Shown piece by piece: positions 11,601-24,776 of a stretch of 64,000 nt of DNA. Source of the DNA: Eledone cirrhosa (Eukaryota); NCBI GenBank assembly GCA_964016885.1, contig OZ024741.1, positions 381,486,001-381,550,000 of the forward strand, given 5' to 3'. Position 1 is the stretch's first letter. Each line of letters begins with the position of its first letter. Made by a program: the position numbers and the translations under genes. The notes under the pieces were generated by a model, which saw nothing but the letters and a program-made list of their open reading frames with translations, did not search any database and was not told where the DNA came from.

Positions 11601-13222
11601 AATTCATCTACCACTAAATTTAGGATGTCAACCGAATCTTGTCCTAGCCCGTCAGCATTCATCTCCTCAGTGGCCGTATCTCTGTTCCAGGTATTATTTA
11701 TCTCAGTATTAAGATCATTGTCTGCTTCGGGTGGTTCCTCCGTTCTCAGGACCTCTTCACCTTCACTTCCCACTGGCTCGCTTGTCTGGCATACTACACC
11801 CGCCATCTCCAAGCCATTCTCTCTGCTCAGTTCCTCCAGTTCCAGCTCGCTTATCCACCCATTAGTTCTTATTACCCGAGCCTGCCCGGCCAATTTTTGT
11901 TCATCTAATTTAAATAGACCAATCTCGTTCCAGATGTTATGCATCCGTCTCCTGTAGCCCCTCTCCTTGGGGTTACTTTTCAGGTAACATTGCATAACAG
12001 TTCTATTCAATTCTTTCGTCCAGTTGGTTCTGGCCCCTTTCCTTCTTCTTCTTCCTCCAACATCAGCAGTATTTGGTTGATAGTCAGATTCCTGCTGCTG
12101 AGCCAGGGGGCACCTATTGGGTGAGAGTCTGTCACATGACGTTCTAGTCTCCATTTCACCGTTATTCGAACTGTTTATGTTCGATATTTAAACACTCTTA
12201 TCGAGTATTGGCGAATGTATGGTTACATAACCATCTGTGGATTCGCCGTTCCACTTGGCCCTTGTGTGGCATTATCACCACGCTGTATACGAACACACAT
12301 AAACAAACAAACACACAGGCAGAGAGGGGCCCCAAAAATGAATAAGCATAAGTTTCATTGTAATGTAGTGTTCGAATGTCTGACTTAGTTTTTGTTTTTT
12401 TAGTTTTAGTTTTTCCCTCTCTTCTCTGTCCGTCTGCCTGCTTCTCTCTTCATTCTTATTTTCTTTACGTTTTTTGTTTTTTTTTGTTTTTGTTTTCCTC
12501 TGTTTGTTTTTCTCGTTTTTTGCTGTTGTTGCTGTGCTGCTTTGGTTTTGTTGTTTGTTTTTCCTTTTTTCTTTTGAGTCTATCTATATATTTTGATGCC
12601 TTCCTCTTTTTTAGTAGTAGGAATTCTATAATGTGGTGGCAGCAGCCATCCGGTGGGAGTGGCAGACTGGCGGCTGTAGCGATACTGAAACAATGGTGGT
12701 GGTGATGTCGATACCGAGGCAGTGGTGGTGGTGATGTGGTCGTATTACCGTAGTGATGGTGTTGTAGCGGTGGTAGCAGTGAAGGAGTGAAGGAGTGGTG
12801 GCGGCGGTGATGGGATAGTGGTGGTAATGATGGCAGTAGTGAGCGGTGGTGGTGAAATTGCCGTTATCTGGCTGTTGTGTTTAGTGTACACAGGTGATGA
12901 GGTGGGTGGTGTATCTAGTTTCTGGTGTTGGTGAGTTTGGCTGTTCTATATAGTGTAGACAGAGGAGAGGAGGGGGGGTTCTTCTTCCATTTATAGCCAT
13001 TTTCTTTTTTGGATATACAGTGTACAATACAAAGTTGAATATTTGAATACTTGAGCCTTATAACAATATATTTTGGGTCCGAATTTTTTTGGGCTCAAGC
13101 CGGGTGCTTTACGTAGCATTTGTACTAAGAGTTGTTATTTCACAAATGATTTAAATATGTTAAAAATTGAAAAATTACGGGAGCGATTTCATGACCTCCG
13201 CAACCTCGTGCGTCTTCTTCCC
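8689..13222 (-). mobile_element. R4/Dong-like family F1 copy B, full length (~4.5 kb), youngest-looking copy
   Basis: 934-aa uninterrupted ORF followed by an in-frame RLE ORF, about 1.07 kb of 5' leader, and (TAA)n on both sides. Confidence 0.93.
8762..12154 (-). pseudogene. RT-CCHC-RLE polyprotein of copy B (~1130 codons, three in-frame stops)
   Basis: ORFs 9350-12154 and 8762-9151 are in the same frame. Motifs: IDYRKAFDMVPH, GIFQGDSLSPLLF, LFMDDLKL, CRFCGE..ETVAHIVSEC, RPDLVV. Stops at 9350-9352 (TAG), 9311-9313 (TAG) and 9215-9217 (TGA). Confidence 0.9.
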
Positions 13223-13224
13223 TA

Positions 13225-13263
<39 letters not shown>

Positions 13264-16200
13264 GGCGACCTACGTAGCAAATCGTATCATCGTGAGCTCC
13301 GCAAAGGTTTGTTATTTCCGTTTGTTAAAAATTGGTATTTATGGAAAATCTTTATAGTTAACTATATATAAGCGCACATATATTGTTTTCCGAAAAGGAC
13401 ACCCAAAAAGATTGGGGCCTTGTGCCCAAAATTTAAACTTTTATGATTATCAAAAAATTTCTTTGAAAAAAAAATGGCTAATTTACCTCTGCACCAAGCA
13501 GCTGAAAGCCTTCCTCACAAATTAACACCTCACACCGACACCACCATTGTAAATGTTACTACGTTTGCCAACACTAAACAAAATATAAGCAGTAGCAATA
13601 TTTTAAATTTGTCTCAGGCAGACATTCATTTCCCGCCATTACCAATGACTGCAGGTGTTAAAGCCTCCTCCACCACCACCACCACCACGACAACCACCAC
13701 CCCCACTACCACCGCGACACCAGAAACAATGGGGAAAAATAAATCAACTCGTGATGTCAAAATAATTTCAACCAAAATGGACTCTTCCACTTCCACACCG
13801 AACACCACTGACGTCACCACCACCACAACTGAAACTAAAATTAATAATAACAAAAATAACGATAGCAACAACAACAACAATGACATTAAAAAAACCACCC
13901 TGAGTTTTGCCAGAGTAGCAAAAGAGTGCGAAGCATTTACGGTAACTCAGGAGGAATTAGAAAATGCCAAACAAATGGTAAAGAAAGAGGGGTACAGTGT
14001 CAGCCCCCCACCCACCCACCTAATAAAATGGAGCATCGGCGCCCATTCACCGTGTCGTATCGAACAATAAATGTAAAATCGCGCCGAGTGGACCGGGCAT
14101 CCGAGTCCCACATCCAAAAAGCTTTGGGACATGTGTGGGCAAGAAAAACCCACATCAGACGTGGGCAGAAGTAGGAACCGTGGACGTGTTCTTTGAAACA
14201 CCAGAGGAGGCAAGAGAACACTCCACGGCCCCATTAAGAAGTGACGACTTCACACTCGTCCCAAGCTATTGTGGCAAGAGACTCGTAAAGATGAGGGTGA
14301 CCCAAGTTCCACCGGCCATCGAAATTCCCTGGCTAATAGCGGCCGTCCTCGCCGGCATCGAAACCAACACAAAGATAATAGCAATAGCAAAACAAAAGCA
14401 GGAGAACTGGTCCGGATTTGGGATGGAGCTCCTGATCCAAGCGGACCAAAAAAGCATTGAGGAGAGCCCAGAGGTAATAGACGTCACTGACGGCAGCCAC
14501 CTCACCGTAATTGTCGAGGGCAGAAGGCCTAGGTTTGTCGTTTGTGGTGAAGGAACCCACCTAAGGGCTTTCTGGCCTCAGGCTAAAAGGTTGATGCCAC
14601 CTCTCCTACCCACCACAGTGACTCAACCATCAACACCACCAGTAGCAGAGATGGCAGCAACAACTGTAGCAGCAACAACAGAAGCAACTATAACAGCAAC
14701 AACCCCAGAAACAGTAACAAAACCAACACTACCACCACCAGCAAAACCAACACCACCACCACCCAACGCCTCAGAAGTAGCACCAGGCCTACACCATCCA
14801 CCACGCCACAACCAAAACTAACGCCTGTGGAGGATTTTCCACTCCCCGGCCTATCACAACTGGAGAAAGATTGTGACGACGAGGAGTGGGAAACGGTATC
14901 AGAAAAAAAAAGAAACCAAAAAAGAAAAAATTCTCTTCCTTCCCTCTCCAAAAACAAAATACAGAGGGAAGCAAATAAATTAACAAACAAAAAGATTAGG
15001 ACAGATATGCCACCATCCATACCAGCACCACCAACCCCATCACCCCAAACAACAACACCATCACCATAATTAACCCCAACACCACCATCACCTACACCAC
15101 AAAAGTCACCAAAAAGCGTAACAGAAACAAACCCACAACAAATGCAAACAAAACAAAACAACCAAAAGGATACACACTACACAGCATTAAATTTGAACAA
15201 CAAGCAATTATTACACTACATCCAACACAACACCAGCATCACAGAAAAAGACTACACAACAACTCAACAATTCACACCACCTCCACACATACAAATCACT
15301 CGCATCACATAGAAAACGTACATGACACTAAAACAAAAATTCCCCAAAGACATCGGAGATTTCCGACAAGCACTCTCCAGGAGGATTTATAAGGACATGA
15401 TTCCTGAGGAGCTGCTGTGCTTTTTCGGAGAGGTTTGGATCTTGCCATACGGGCTATCTTCCTGGACCCAGAAGGTAAGATGGTGGTGCTGGACGTGACC
15501 AGCGGAGACGGGCAAGCTTTCAGGTTAGTGGCCGTCTATGCCCCGACAGGAGCAGGGCGGCCTGATTTCTTCCGGCGTCTAGAGACATTTCTTGGAAGGT
15601 CCCGCTCTTTAGTGTTAGTGGGCGACTGGAACGGGATCTTAGATGCACGCTGGGATTGTGTGAGATTAGTGGATAGGGAAGGAGGGTGCAAGAGTCTCAC
15701 CAACCTTCTCAGCGTTTTGAACTGTCTGACAGGTACCGATTGGGTTTCCGAATGTACCAATATGGGCTTGGACAAATCGCATAGGGTCATCCAGAACTAG
15801 ATAGGTCTAGCATAGGCTGTCCACAATTCAAGATAGTCAGCTACACGGACCACAAATTCGTGATCTGTGTGCTTGACTTAGATAGGCTTCATAGACGAGG
15901 ACCCGGCTACTGGAAGCTAAACGCGTCCTTACCGGCGCGCAAGGCCTACAGAGACCGGAGTAGCGAACTAGTTAAGCGTGCGTTGACGGGGGCCATCGTC
16001 AACAACAAGTGGTGGTTTGCTCTGAAAAGAGCAATTAGAATAGAGTCCATTAGGTTTAGTAAGGCTTTAGCAATAGAGAAAAATAGAGCAGAGGGAGAAT
16101 TAGTTAGAAAATTAGACGAGGCGCTAGCAAAGAGGCATCGCGACTGACGTACTTGCGGCGAAATTGGCCCTTGACCAATTCTTCAATGCAAAGCACGAAG

Positions 16201-18780
16201 GCTGCGTTGTCAGAGCAAGGGTGCGTGCTCTCAGACACGAGGGGACGAAAGCCGTTCAATGGGCCCGAGTGGCGGAGGCGCGTCGTGGCAACAAAGCCAC
16301 GATCCGGTATTTGGTGGACCACGACGGGCGCATGCTACTCGATCCCGGGCAAATGTGTGAAGCTTTTCAGCGACACTTCGCTCAACTGTTCGGGGAGTGG
16401 CTGGCCGGCTCGAGGGATGGACTTTAGTGCCTACCTCGACGGACTGCAGATAACCGCCGCTGAAGTACGGGGGGCAATGACTGGCTGCACAAGGGGTAAA
16501 TCGCTTGGTTTGTATGGTCTGCCCTATGAACTTTACGTACAAATACCAGACTTGTTCGGAGGCCTCTTGGCGGACGTCTACTGCAACTTGCAACAGAACG
16601 GGAGAATTCCCAGCTCTGTGAGCCGAGGAGCGGTGGCGCTGCTGAGAAAGGATCCGAACAAGGGGGATAACATAGATAATTTTAGGCCCATAACTCTGCT
16701 AAACACAGAGTTCAAGATTTTGGCCAAAGTACTAGCAAAGAGGTTGGCGCTTGTCGTTGGTGGTCTGGTGGGAGAGGCGCAGACATGCGCCATTCCCGAA
16801 AGATCCATCCACGACAACCTCCACCTCATGCCAAACATCGTAGAGAGGGTAGCTAGGGAACCTGGCACGGGTGGGTCTTTGATAAATTTAGATCAGTCGA
16901 AAGCCTTCGATAGGGTCGACCATCGTTACCTAGCGGCAGTCCTGAGGGCGGATGGCTTTGGGCCCGTCTTCAGAGGCTGGATCGCTGCCATGCACAGCGA
17001 CATCTGCTCTGTAGTGAGGATGAACGGTCACCTTTCGGAACCGTTCAACATCATGCGCTCGGTCCGCCAAGGGTGTCCCCTCTCGTCCCTATTGTACGTA
17101 TTGATTCTCGAGCCATTACTGCACACACTGGAGACGTTGAGGGGAGTCCCGCGTGAACTAGGATGCGGAAGATCCGTGTCAGCATATGCGGACAATGTCA
17201 CCGTAGTGGTGTCGAACGCCAAACACATCGAGGCGATCGGCACTACACTAAGAGAATACGAAGCCGTGACAGGAGCAATGATCAACCAGGAAAAGTCAGT
17301 GGGCCTGCAGCTCGGCACCTGGAGATGCAGGTACATGCCGTCCAACAGCGTCGTAGGGCGCTGGACGGACGGACCGGTTAAATTGCTAGGGGTCTGGTTC
17401 AGTCCGGATCTCCAGACGGACAAAAACTGGGACGAGGTGACGAGCAGGGTGGCTTCTCTCACCCAGAAATGGGCCGAGAGGAAGCTATCCCTGAATGGTC
17501 GAGCTGAAGTGGCTAACGCGTGCATCGCGTCCGTCATCTACTACCGCCTAACCGTCGTACCTTGTCCTAATCCCCGCCTGAATGCGCTGGAGCGTTTGCT
17601 CTTTCGCTTTTTGTGGAAGGCACGCGCTCTGATGGTCAGGCGGTCCATCTGCTGACAACACCCGCTACGTGGAGGGCTGGGCATGCCGTGGCTGATGATG
17701 CGCAGACACGCGCTCAGGCTACGACATCTCCACCTCTTCCTCGACGGTGATCAGGTGTGGTCGCCGTTTGCTAGACACGTCTTTCCCCAGCTCGTCTCAT
17801 TGACGGAGCTGCAGTCCTGGGTCACGCGAAGACCGAGAGGGAGCGCTTGGAGACTGGAATGTCTTCAGGCGCTCACAGCCCTCGACCAATCGGGCAATGT
17901 GATCGATGGAAACTCCACCTTGGCGTTCTATAGAGGATTAGTGGATAGGAAGAGCGACGACGTACTTGGAGAAACTCTAGGCGTCGACGAAAATCAACTA
18001 GCCAATCTCTTCGGAAGGACTTTCGGGCCGGGGCCTATGGACAACTTCCAGAAATCCCTGGCCTGGCAGTGCTACTGGGGAGCTTTGCCAGTTCGGGATA
18101 AACTCTACAGGCATGTAGGTGCCGTCAGCCGGGCATGTCCGAGATGCGCGCAGGGCGACGAAACCCTCCTGCACGCACTCGTCCAGTGTCCGAGCATTGC
18201 TGACTTGTGGGTTTATGTCGAACACTTGCTGTCACGTGTAGGACGGATCCAGCTATCAGCTGAATCCATCGTGAGGATTGCCCCGCCCTATTCCCTTAGC
18301 CGGGAAGGGCAGGCAGTTTTTATCTGTCTGGTGGCCAGGGCGAAAGAGATAGTATGGTGGACACGTTTGAAAGGGCTGAAGACGAACACTTACCTCTTCG
18401 GTGATGCCCTGATTAACTTTTTCAAATTTCATTTGAAAAGGAAAATCAGGGTAGAGAGGGAAGTGCTCTCTTCCCAGCATTTTGTTGAAAGATGGGTGAG
18501 AGAAGCAAGTATGGCCCGAGTATGTGTCTGTAAATTAAAGGTGGAAAACTGGGAGAGGGCACTTGCCCTGGTGGTCAGTGTCACTGTGGTCTTTTAATGA
18601 GCTTTCTCCACAAATGTCCCTCGGAAGTCTCCCCCCCCTATTGGGGAATTTTTCTTTGTTATTTTATTACATTCTCTGTTTTTTTTACACGCAGAAATGC
18701 CCATTTGTACCGTCCTGTATTGTCCTGTACTGTCCTTAATGTCTACTTTATGTAAACCCTTGTGGTTAATAAAGAAAACA
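13264..18780 (+). mobile_element. Tx1-like LINE subfamily T1 copy a, full-length ends, frameshifted, ~300 bp internal deletion
   Basis: The 5' end 'ggcgacctacgtag' is shared with 42813 and 61510. ORF1 pieces start at 13474. ORF2 pieces include LVAVYAP..LVGDWN (APE), GPGYWKLNAS, NFRPITLLN, LDQSKAFDRV, VRQGCPLS, SAYADN and CPRC..ET..HALVQC. AATAAA is followed by (TTA)n. Confidence 0.92.
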
Positions 18781-18806
18781 TTATTATTATTATTATTATT
18801 ATTATT

Positions 18807-21800
18807 GGTTGGTGAAGCCACGCTTCTTATCGCCTCCAGTCTTTTTCAACGTTTTACCTCTTTTTAAACCGTTCTAAACCTTTTATTCAAGTTTTAAATT
18901 TGATAAAAGTTTAGAAGAAGTGACCCGCCTAATACAGGGGTTCACTAGTAAATAATACGGCACCCCTTTACGGGGTATCGTTTCGTATTTGTGTAAAAAT
19001 ATTTTTTGAAAAATTTCAACATGGTTAACACAAAAAAGAGAGAGAGCGCTGTCAGACAACACAGAGAGAGGGAGACTTGATCAGCATGTCAACAAGACAG
19101 CGTTCCAGCGGAGGTAAATATAAATGAAAATATAAAGAAAATATAAGGAAAAAAAGATTGTTACAGATTTAAAATTAACAAATATTTCTAACACAAACAA
19201 CACCAACAATAACACCAACAACATCACTAACAACAACACCAAAAAATAACAGCGGTAAAGTCGAGAACGACAATAACAAAAATAACAGCGGTAAGGTCGA
19301 GAACGACAATAACAATGACAATAACAACAGCCACAACAACAATAATAGTAGGAACAGTATCAACAAAAACAACAATAATAACAACAGCCACAATAACAGT
19401 AACAGCAGCAACAGTATCAACGAAAACAACACCAACAACTGTACCAGCGTAAAGAACAACAATGACACCGATACCTGTAATAGCGACCTCAGCACCACCA
19501 GTAAGACCAGTAGCGGCAGCAATAGTGGTGCTGCTGAAAAAGGGACCACTTCTTTTGCAGGTGTCGCCCGAAATATCGACACAGTGTTAGTCACAGAGGA
19601 GGAGATGGCAGTCGCAAGGGCCATGGTGACAAGAAGCGCAAATAGAGTTTCCCTGAAACCTCCACCCGATTTTTTCAAAGACCAGCAGCTACGAACTGTG
19701 ACTTACCGCACCGTAAGCAATATCTCACATCGAGTGGAGAGAGCCACGGCGGCTCAAATCCAAAAGGCCTTGGGGTGCGTCTGGGCACGCAAAACCCACA
19801 TCACCCGAGGCAGAAAGTACGCCACAGTAGACGTACTTTTCGCCACCCCCCAGGAAGCAAAGTCTCACTCTTTGGAAACCCTAAAGAGTGAGGAGTTAGT
19901 CTTGGTGCCCTCCTACTGCGGGCAGAAAATTGTGAGGGTCCCACCCGACGTGCCCATACCTTGGCTGGCCGCGTCTGTCCTTGCTGGAATTGAGAACAGG
20001 GCGACCATGCTGCAAGTAGAAAAAATAGGGAGAGATAACTGGTCAGGTATAGGCATGCAAATGCTTATACAAACTGACCAGGAATGTATCGAGGCTATCC
20101 CCGATATCATTGACTTTGAAGAGGGACTCCAACTCCCTATAAGTGTAGAAGGAAACAGTCAAAATGTTATCTCTGTGGGTCAAAAGGTCACCTCAGGGAC
20201 TTTTGCCCGCAGAAGACACCGAAGAGGGCCCCTCTCCTTCCAATACCTGGTCCGCTGCTACCAAGAGCAGGACAGGCAACAAACGAAGAAGCCCCTTCTA
20301 CGGTGAGTAGGAGGGCAACGTCCGTAGCACCCGTACCAAGGCCACGGATAACTAAAGCAGCATCATCAGTAGCGGCAACACCAATAGCTACATTTGAAAT
20401 AGCTACACCAGCAACAACATTGCCGAAGAGGGCTCCACTACCACTACCAACAGCCGTGGAGCACATACCCCTCCCAGACGCCACAGAATCCGACATGGAG
20501 TTTGAGGCGGGAGTAACGTGGCAAACAGTCTGCCACAAAAAACGAAAAAACAAATAAACCCTTAGATTCACCCTCCAAAAGCGAAGGCACACAAAGAGGG
20601 GTAAAGGCAGCAAGGAAACTTGCAGCAACACCACCACAAACACCAACAATGCAAACACAACAAGACACACACACCAAACAGCAACAAGAAGAAAACGGCA
20701 ACAAAATCACCCCTCCCCCCAAAAAGTACACAGCCATAAACATAGCAAAAAAAGAACTCATAAAATATATAAAGCAGCACACAGACATCACGGAAAAAAA
20801 TTACTACACCCCACCAACACCAAGAACTCTCCTGGCAAACATAAGCATCATCGAAATCTCAATAGAACAATACAAACCTTTAAAACAAAAATTCCCCAAC
20901 GCAGTTGGAGACTTCAGAGGTACGGTTACCAAGAGGATATACACTGACATCCTCTGGGAAACACCCATGACCAGCGAAAGGGACGGTTCTACTGTCCCTT
21001 CACCACACGAACAAGGTAAGTGACCCTTTCTCATTTGCCCCGTTTCTCATCCAACATGGCTGTACTCAGAATAGGCAGTATAAATGCACGTGGCCTGGGG
21101 TCATCTTCGAAGCAGGGTCACCTGCTCAATGACCTCAGGTCACTAAACATAGATGTGGTGGCCATCAGTGAAACCACAATCTCCGAGGCACGGGCCTTCA
21201 CACCGAACTTCGGCGGATACGATGTATACGCATCTCCCAGCCGTCCAGGATCGGGGGGAAGGGTTGCCGTCCTTTTTCGGAGAGGCTTGGATCTCGCGTT
21301 ACGGGCCATCTTCCTGGACCCAGAAGGTAAGTCGGTGGTGCTGGACGTGACCGGCAGCGAAGGCAATGCTTTCAGGCTAGTAACCGTCTACGCCCCAACA
21401 GGGGCAGGACGGCGAGATTTCTTCAGACGTCTAGAGACCTTTCTTGGAACGTCCCGCACTTTAGTGTTAGTGGGCGACTGGAACGGTATCTTGGATGCAC
21501 GCTGGGATCGTGTGGGGCTAGTGGATAGGGGAGGAGGGTGCAAGAGCCTCACCAACCAGCTCAGAATTTTGAACTGTCTGACAGGTATCGACTGGATCAC
21601 CCGAATGTGCCAATGTGGACATAGACAAACCGCTTCGGGTCATCCAGATCGTATCTAGATAGGGTATCCTGCAGGGAACTAGATAAGGATAGTATAAGTT
21701 GTCCACAATTTAAAATAGTCGTCTACACAGACCACAAATTTGTGATCTGTGAGATCGACATAGACAGACTTCATAGACAAGGGCCTGGTTACTGGAAGCT

Positions 21801-24744
21801 GAACGCGTCTTTCCCGGCGCGCAAGGCCTACAGAGACCGGATTAGCGTATTAGTTAAGCGGGCGTTTACGGGAGCGGTCGTCAACAACAGGTGGTGGTTT
21901 GCCCTGAAAAGGGCAATTAAAGTAGAGTCGATTAGGTTTAGCAAAGGAGTAGTGATAGAGGAAAATAGAGTAGAGGGAGAGCTAGTCAGAAAGCTGGAAG
22001 AGGCGTTTAGGACAGGCATCGCAACCGACGTGCTTGCGGCGAGATTGGCACTCGACCAATTCTTCAACGCAAAATACGAAGGCTGCGTTGTCAGAGCTAG
22101 AGCGCGTGCTCTGAGACACGAGGGACAAAAGCCGTACAATGGGCCCGGGTTGCAGAGGCGCGACGTGGCAATAAAGCCACAATTCGGTCTTTGTCTGACC
22201 AAAACGGGTGCGTGATGCTCGAACCCGAGCGGATGTGTGTAGCTTTTCAGCAGCACTTTGCTGAACTGTTCGGGAGCGGCGGCGGCCCGGATCGGGGCAT
22301 GGACTTCAGTACATACCTCGACGGACTGCCTTGGTTCTCGACAACTGCAGCAAAGTGTGGCGAAAAGCCAATAACAGCCGGTGAAATACGGGAGCGATGG
22401 CTAACTGCACAAGAGGTAAATCGCCAGGTTTAGATGGTCTGCCCTACGAGCTTTATGCATTTATGCCAGACTTGTTCGGTGACCTCTTGGAAGACGTCTA
22501 CTGCAACTGGCAGCAGAACGGAGTATTCCCAGTTTTGTGAGCCGGGGATCAGTGGCGCTGCTGAGAAAAGACCCGAATAAGGGGGATGTTATGGTTAATT
22601 TCAGGCCCATAACGCTGCTAAACGCAGAGTTCAAGATTTTGGCCAAGGTGTTAGCAACGAGGTTGGCGCTTGTCGTCAAGGGTCTGGTGAGAGAGGCGCA
22701 GACATGCGCCATCCCGGACAGATCCATACACGACAACCTCCACCTCATGCGATACATCATATAGAGGGTGGTTAAAGAACCTGGCAAGGGTGGGGCCCTG
22801 ATCAACTTGGATCAATCCAAAGCATTCGATAGGGTCGACCATCGGTACGTGGCGGCGGTCCTCGAGACAGCCGGTTTCGGGCCCGTTTTCAGGCGTTGGA
22901 TCGCAGCAATGTACAGCGACATCTGCTCAGTTGTGAGGGTGAACGGTCACCTGTCGCAGCCGTTCAGCATCAGGCGCTGAGTCCGCCAGGGTTGTCCCCT
23001 CTCGTCCGTCTTGTACGTATTGGCTCTCGAGCCATTACTGCACAAACTGGGAGCGATGAGGGGCGTCCCACGCGAACGAGGATGCGGGAAATCCGAGTCG
23101 GCTTACGCTGACGATGTCACCGTGTTGGTGTCGAGCACCAGACACGTCCAGATGCTCGGCACCGTTCTCAAGGAATACAAAACGGTGACAGGAGCAAAGA
23201 TAAACCAGGAAAAGTCGGTGGGCTTGCAGCTAGGCACCTGGAGAAGCAAGTCCATGCCGTCCGACAGTGTCGTGGAGCGTTGGACGGACGGACCGGTTAA
23301 ATTGCTCGGGGTCTGGTTCGGACCGAACCTCCAGATGGAGAAAAACTGGAACGAGGTGACGAGCAGGGTGGCCTCCCTCACCCATAAATGGGCTGAGAGG
23401 AAGCTGTCCCTGAAAGACCGGGCGGAAGTGGCGAATGCGTACATCGCATCCGTCATCTGCTACCGCCTCACCGTCGTCCCTTGCTCCAGCCCAACTCTCA
23501 CCAAAATTGAGCGCCTCCTCTTCCGCTTTTTGTGGAAGGGACGCGCTCCCATGGTCAGCCGATCCATCTGCTGTCAACACCCGTTGCGTGGAGGACTGGG
23601 CATGCCATGGCTGATGATGCGCAAACATGCGCTGAGGCTGCGACATCTCTGGTGCTTCCTTGATGGTGAACGGGTGTGGTCGCCGTTCGTCAGGCACATT
23701 TTCCCACAGCTCGTCTCCTTGACGGAGCTGCAGTCCTGGGTCAGAAAAAGACCGAGGGATAGCGCTTGGAAACTGGAATGTCTCCAGGCGCTCACTGCCC
23801 TCTCCCAGTCGGGCACCAGTATCGGTGGAACATCCACCTCGGCGTTCTATAGAGGACTAGTTGAGGGGAAGAGCGACGACGTTCTCTGAGAGATTCTGGG
23901 CGTCGAAGAATATCAGCTGCTTGCTCTCTTCCGGAGAACTTTCAGCCCGGGATCTATGGATAACTTTAAAAAAATCCCTGGCCTTGCAGTGCTACCGGGG
24001 AGCGCTGCCGGTTCGAGATAAGCTCTACAGGCACGGAAGTGCCGTCAGCCGATCCTGTTCGAGATGCGCGCATAGCGACGAAACCGTTGTGCATGCACTC
24101 GTTCAGTGCCCGAGCATTGCTGACTTGTGGAGCTATGTCGAACAGTTGCTGTCACGTGTGGGACTGATCCGGTTGTCGACTGAATCCATTGTGCAGATGG
24201 TCTCGCCGTCTTCTTTTGCGGAGGAACGGCAGGCGGTTTTCATCTGCCTGGTGGCCATGGCGAAAGAGATTGTGTGGTGGACAAGGTTAAAAGGATTAAA
24301 GACAAACACTTTCCACTTCGGCGAATCACTGATTAACTTTTTCAAGTTTCACTTGAAGAGGAAAATCAGGGTGGAGAGGCAAGTGATGCTTTCTAGCAAG
24401 TTTGTTGAAAGGTGGGTGAATGTAGCGAGAATGGTCCGAGTGAATATACGTCTGTAGTTTGAGAGATGGAAAAATTGAGAGAGGGCGCTTGCCCTGGTAG
24501 TTAGGGTGGCCGTGGTCTTTTGTGTGGTTTTCGCCACGAGTAACCCTCTGAGGTTTCCCCCTTATTGGGGAATTTTTCATTATTTCAGTTTTCATTTTAT
24601 TGTTTATATATATATATGTTTTATGTCTTTTTTCTTTTCTTATATAAATAATAAAAATATTTACACGCACAAAACCCACATCGTACCGTCCTGTTCCGTC
24701 TGTGATGTTTTTCTTGATGTCAGCCCTTGTGGCCAATAAAGAAA

Positions 24745-24746
<2 letters not shown>
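18807..24746 (+). mobile_element. Tx1-like LINE subfamily T2, full length, disrupted
   Basis: Distinct 5' UTR and Asn/Thr-rich ORF1 start (ATG 19021); ORF1 core 19584-20306. ORF2 starts at ATG 21056 (LRIGSINARGL, DVVAISET, VGDWN, SAYADD, CSRC..HALVQC). (TTA)n on both flanks. Confidence 0.92.

Positions 24747-24776
<30 letters not shown>

Noticed and set aside
3396-12124. Recurrent plus-strand ORFs antisense to the R4 copies (e.g. 147 aa at 5899, 11514 and 59587; 202 aa at 9864)
   Set aside because: They are shadows of the purine-rich sense ORF and recur only because the copies are closely related.
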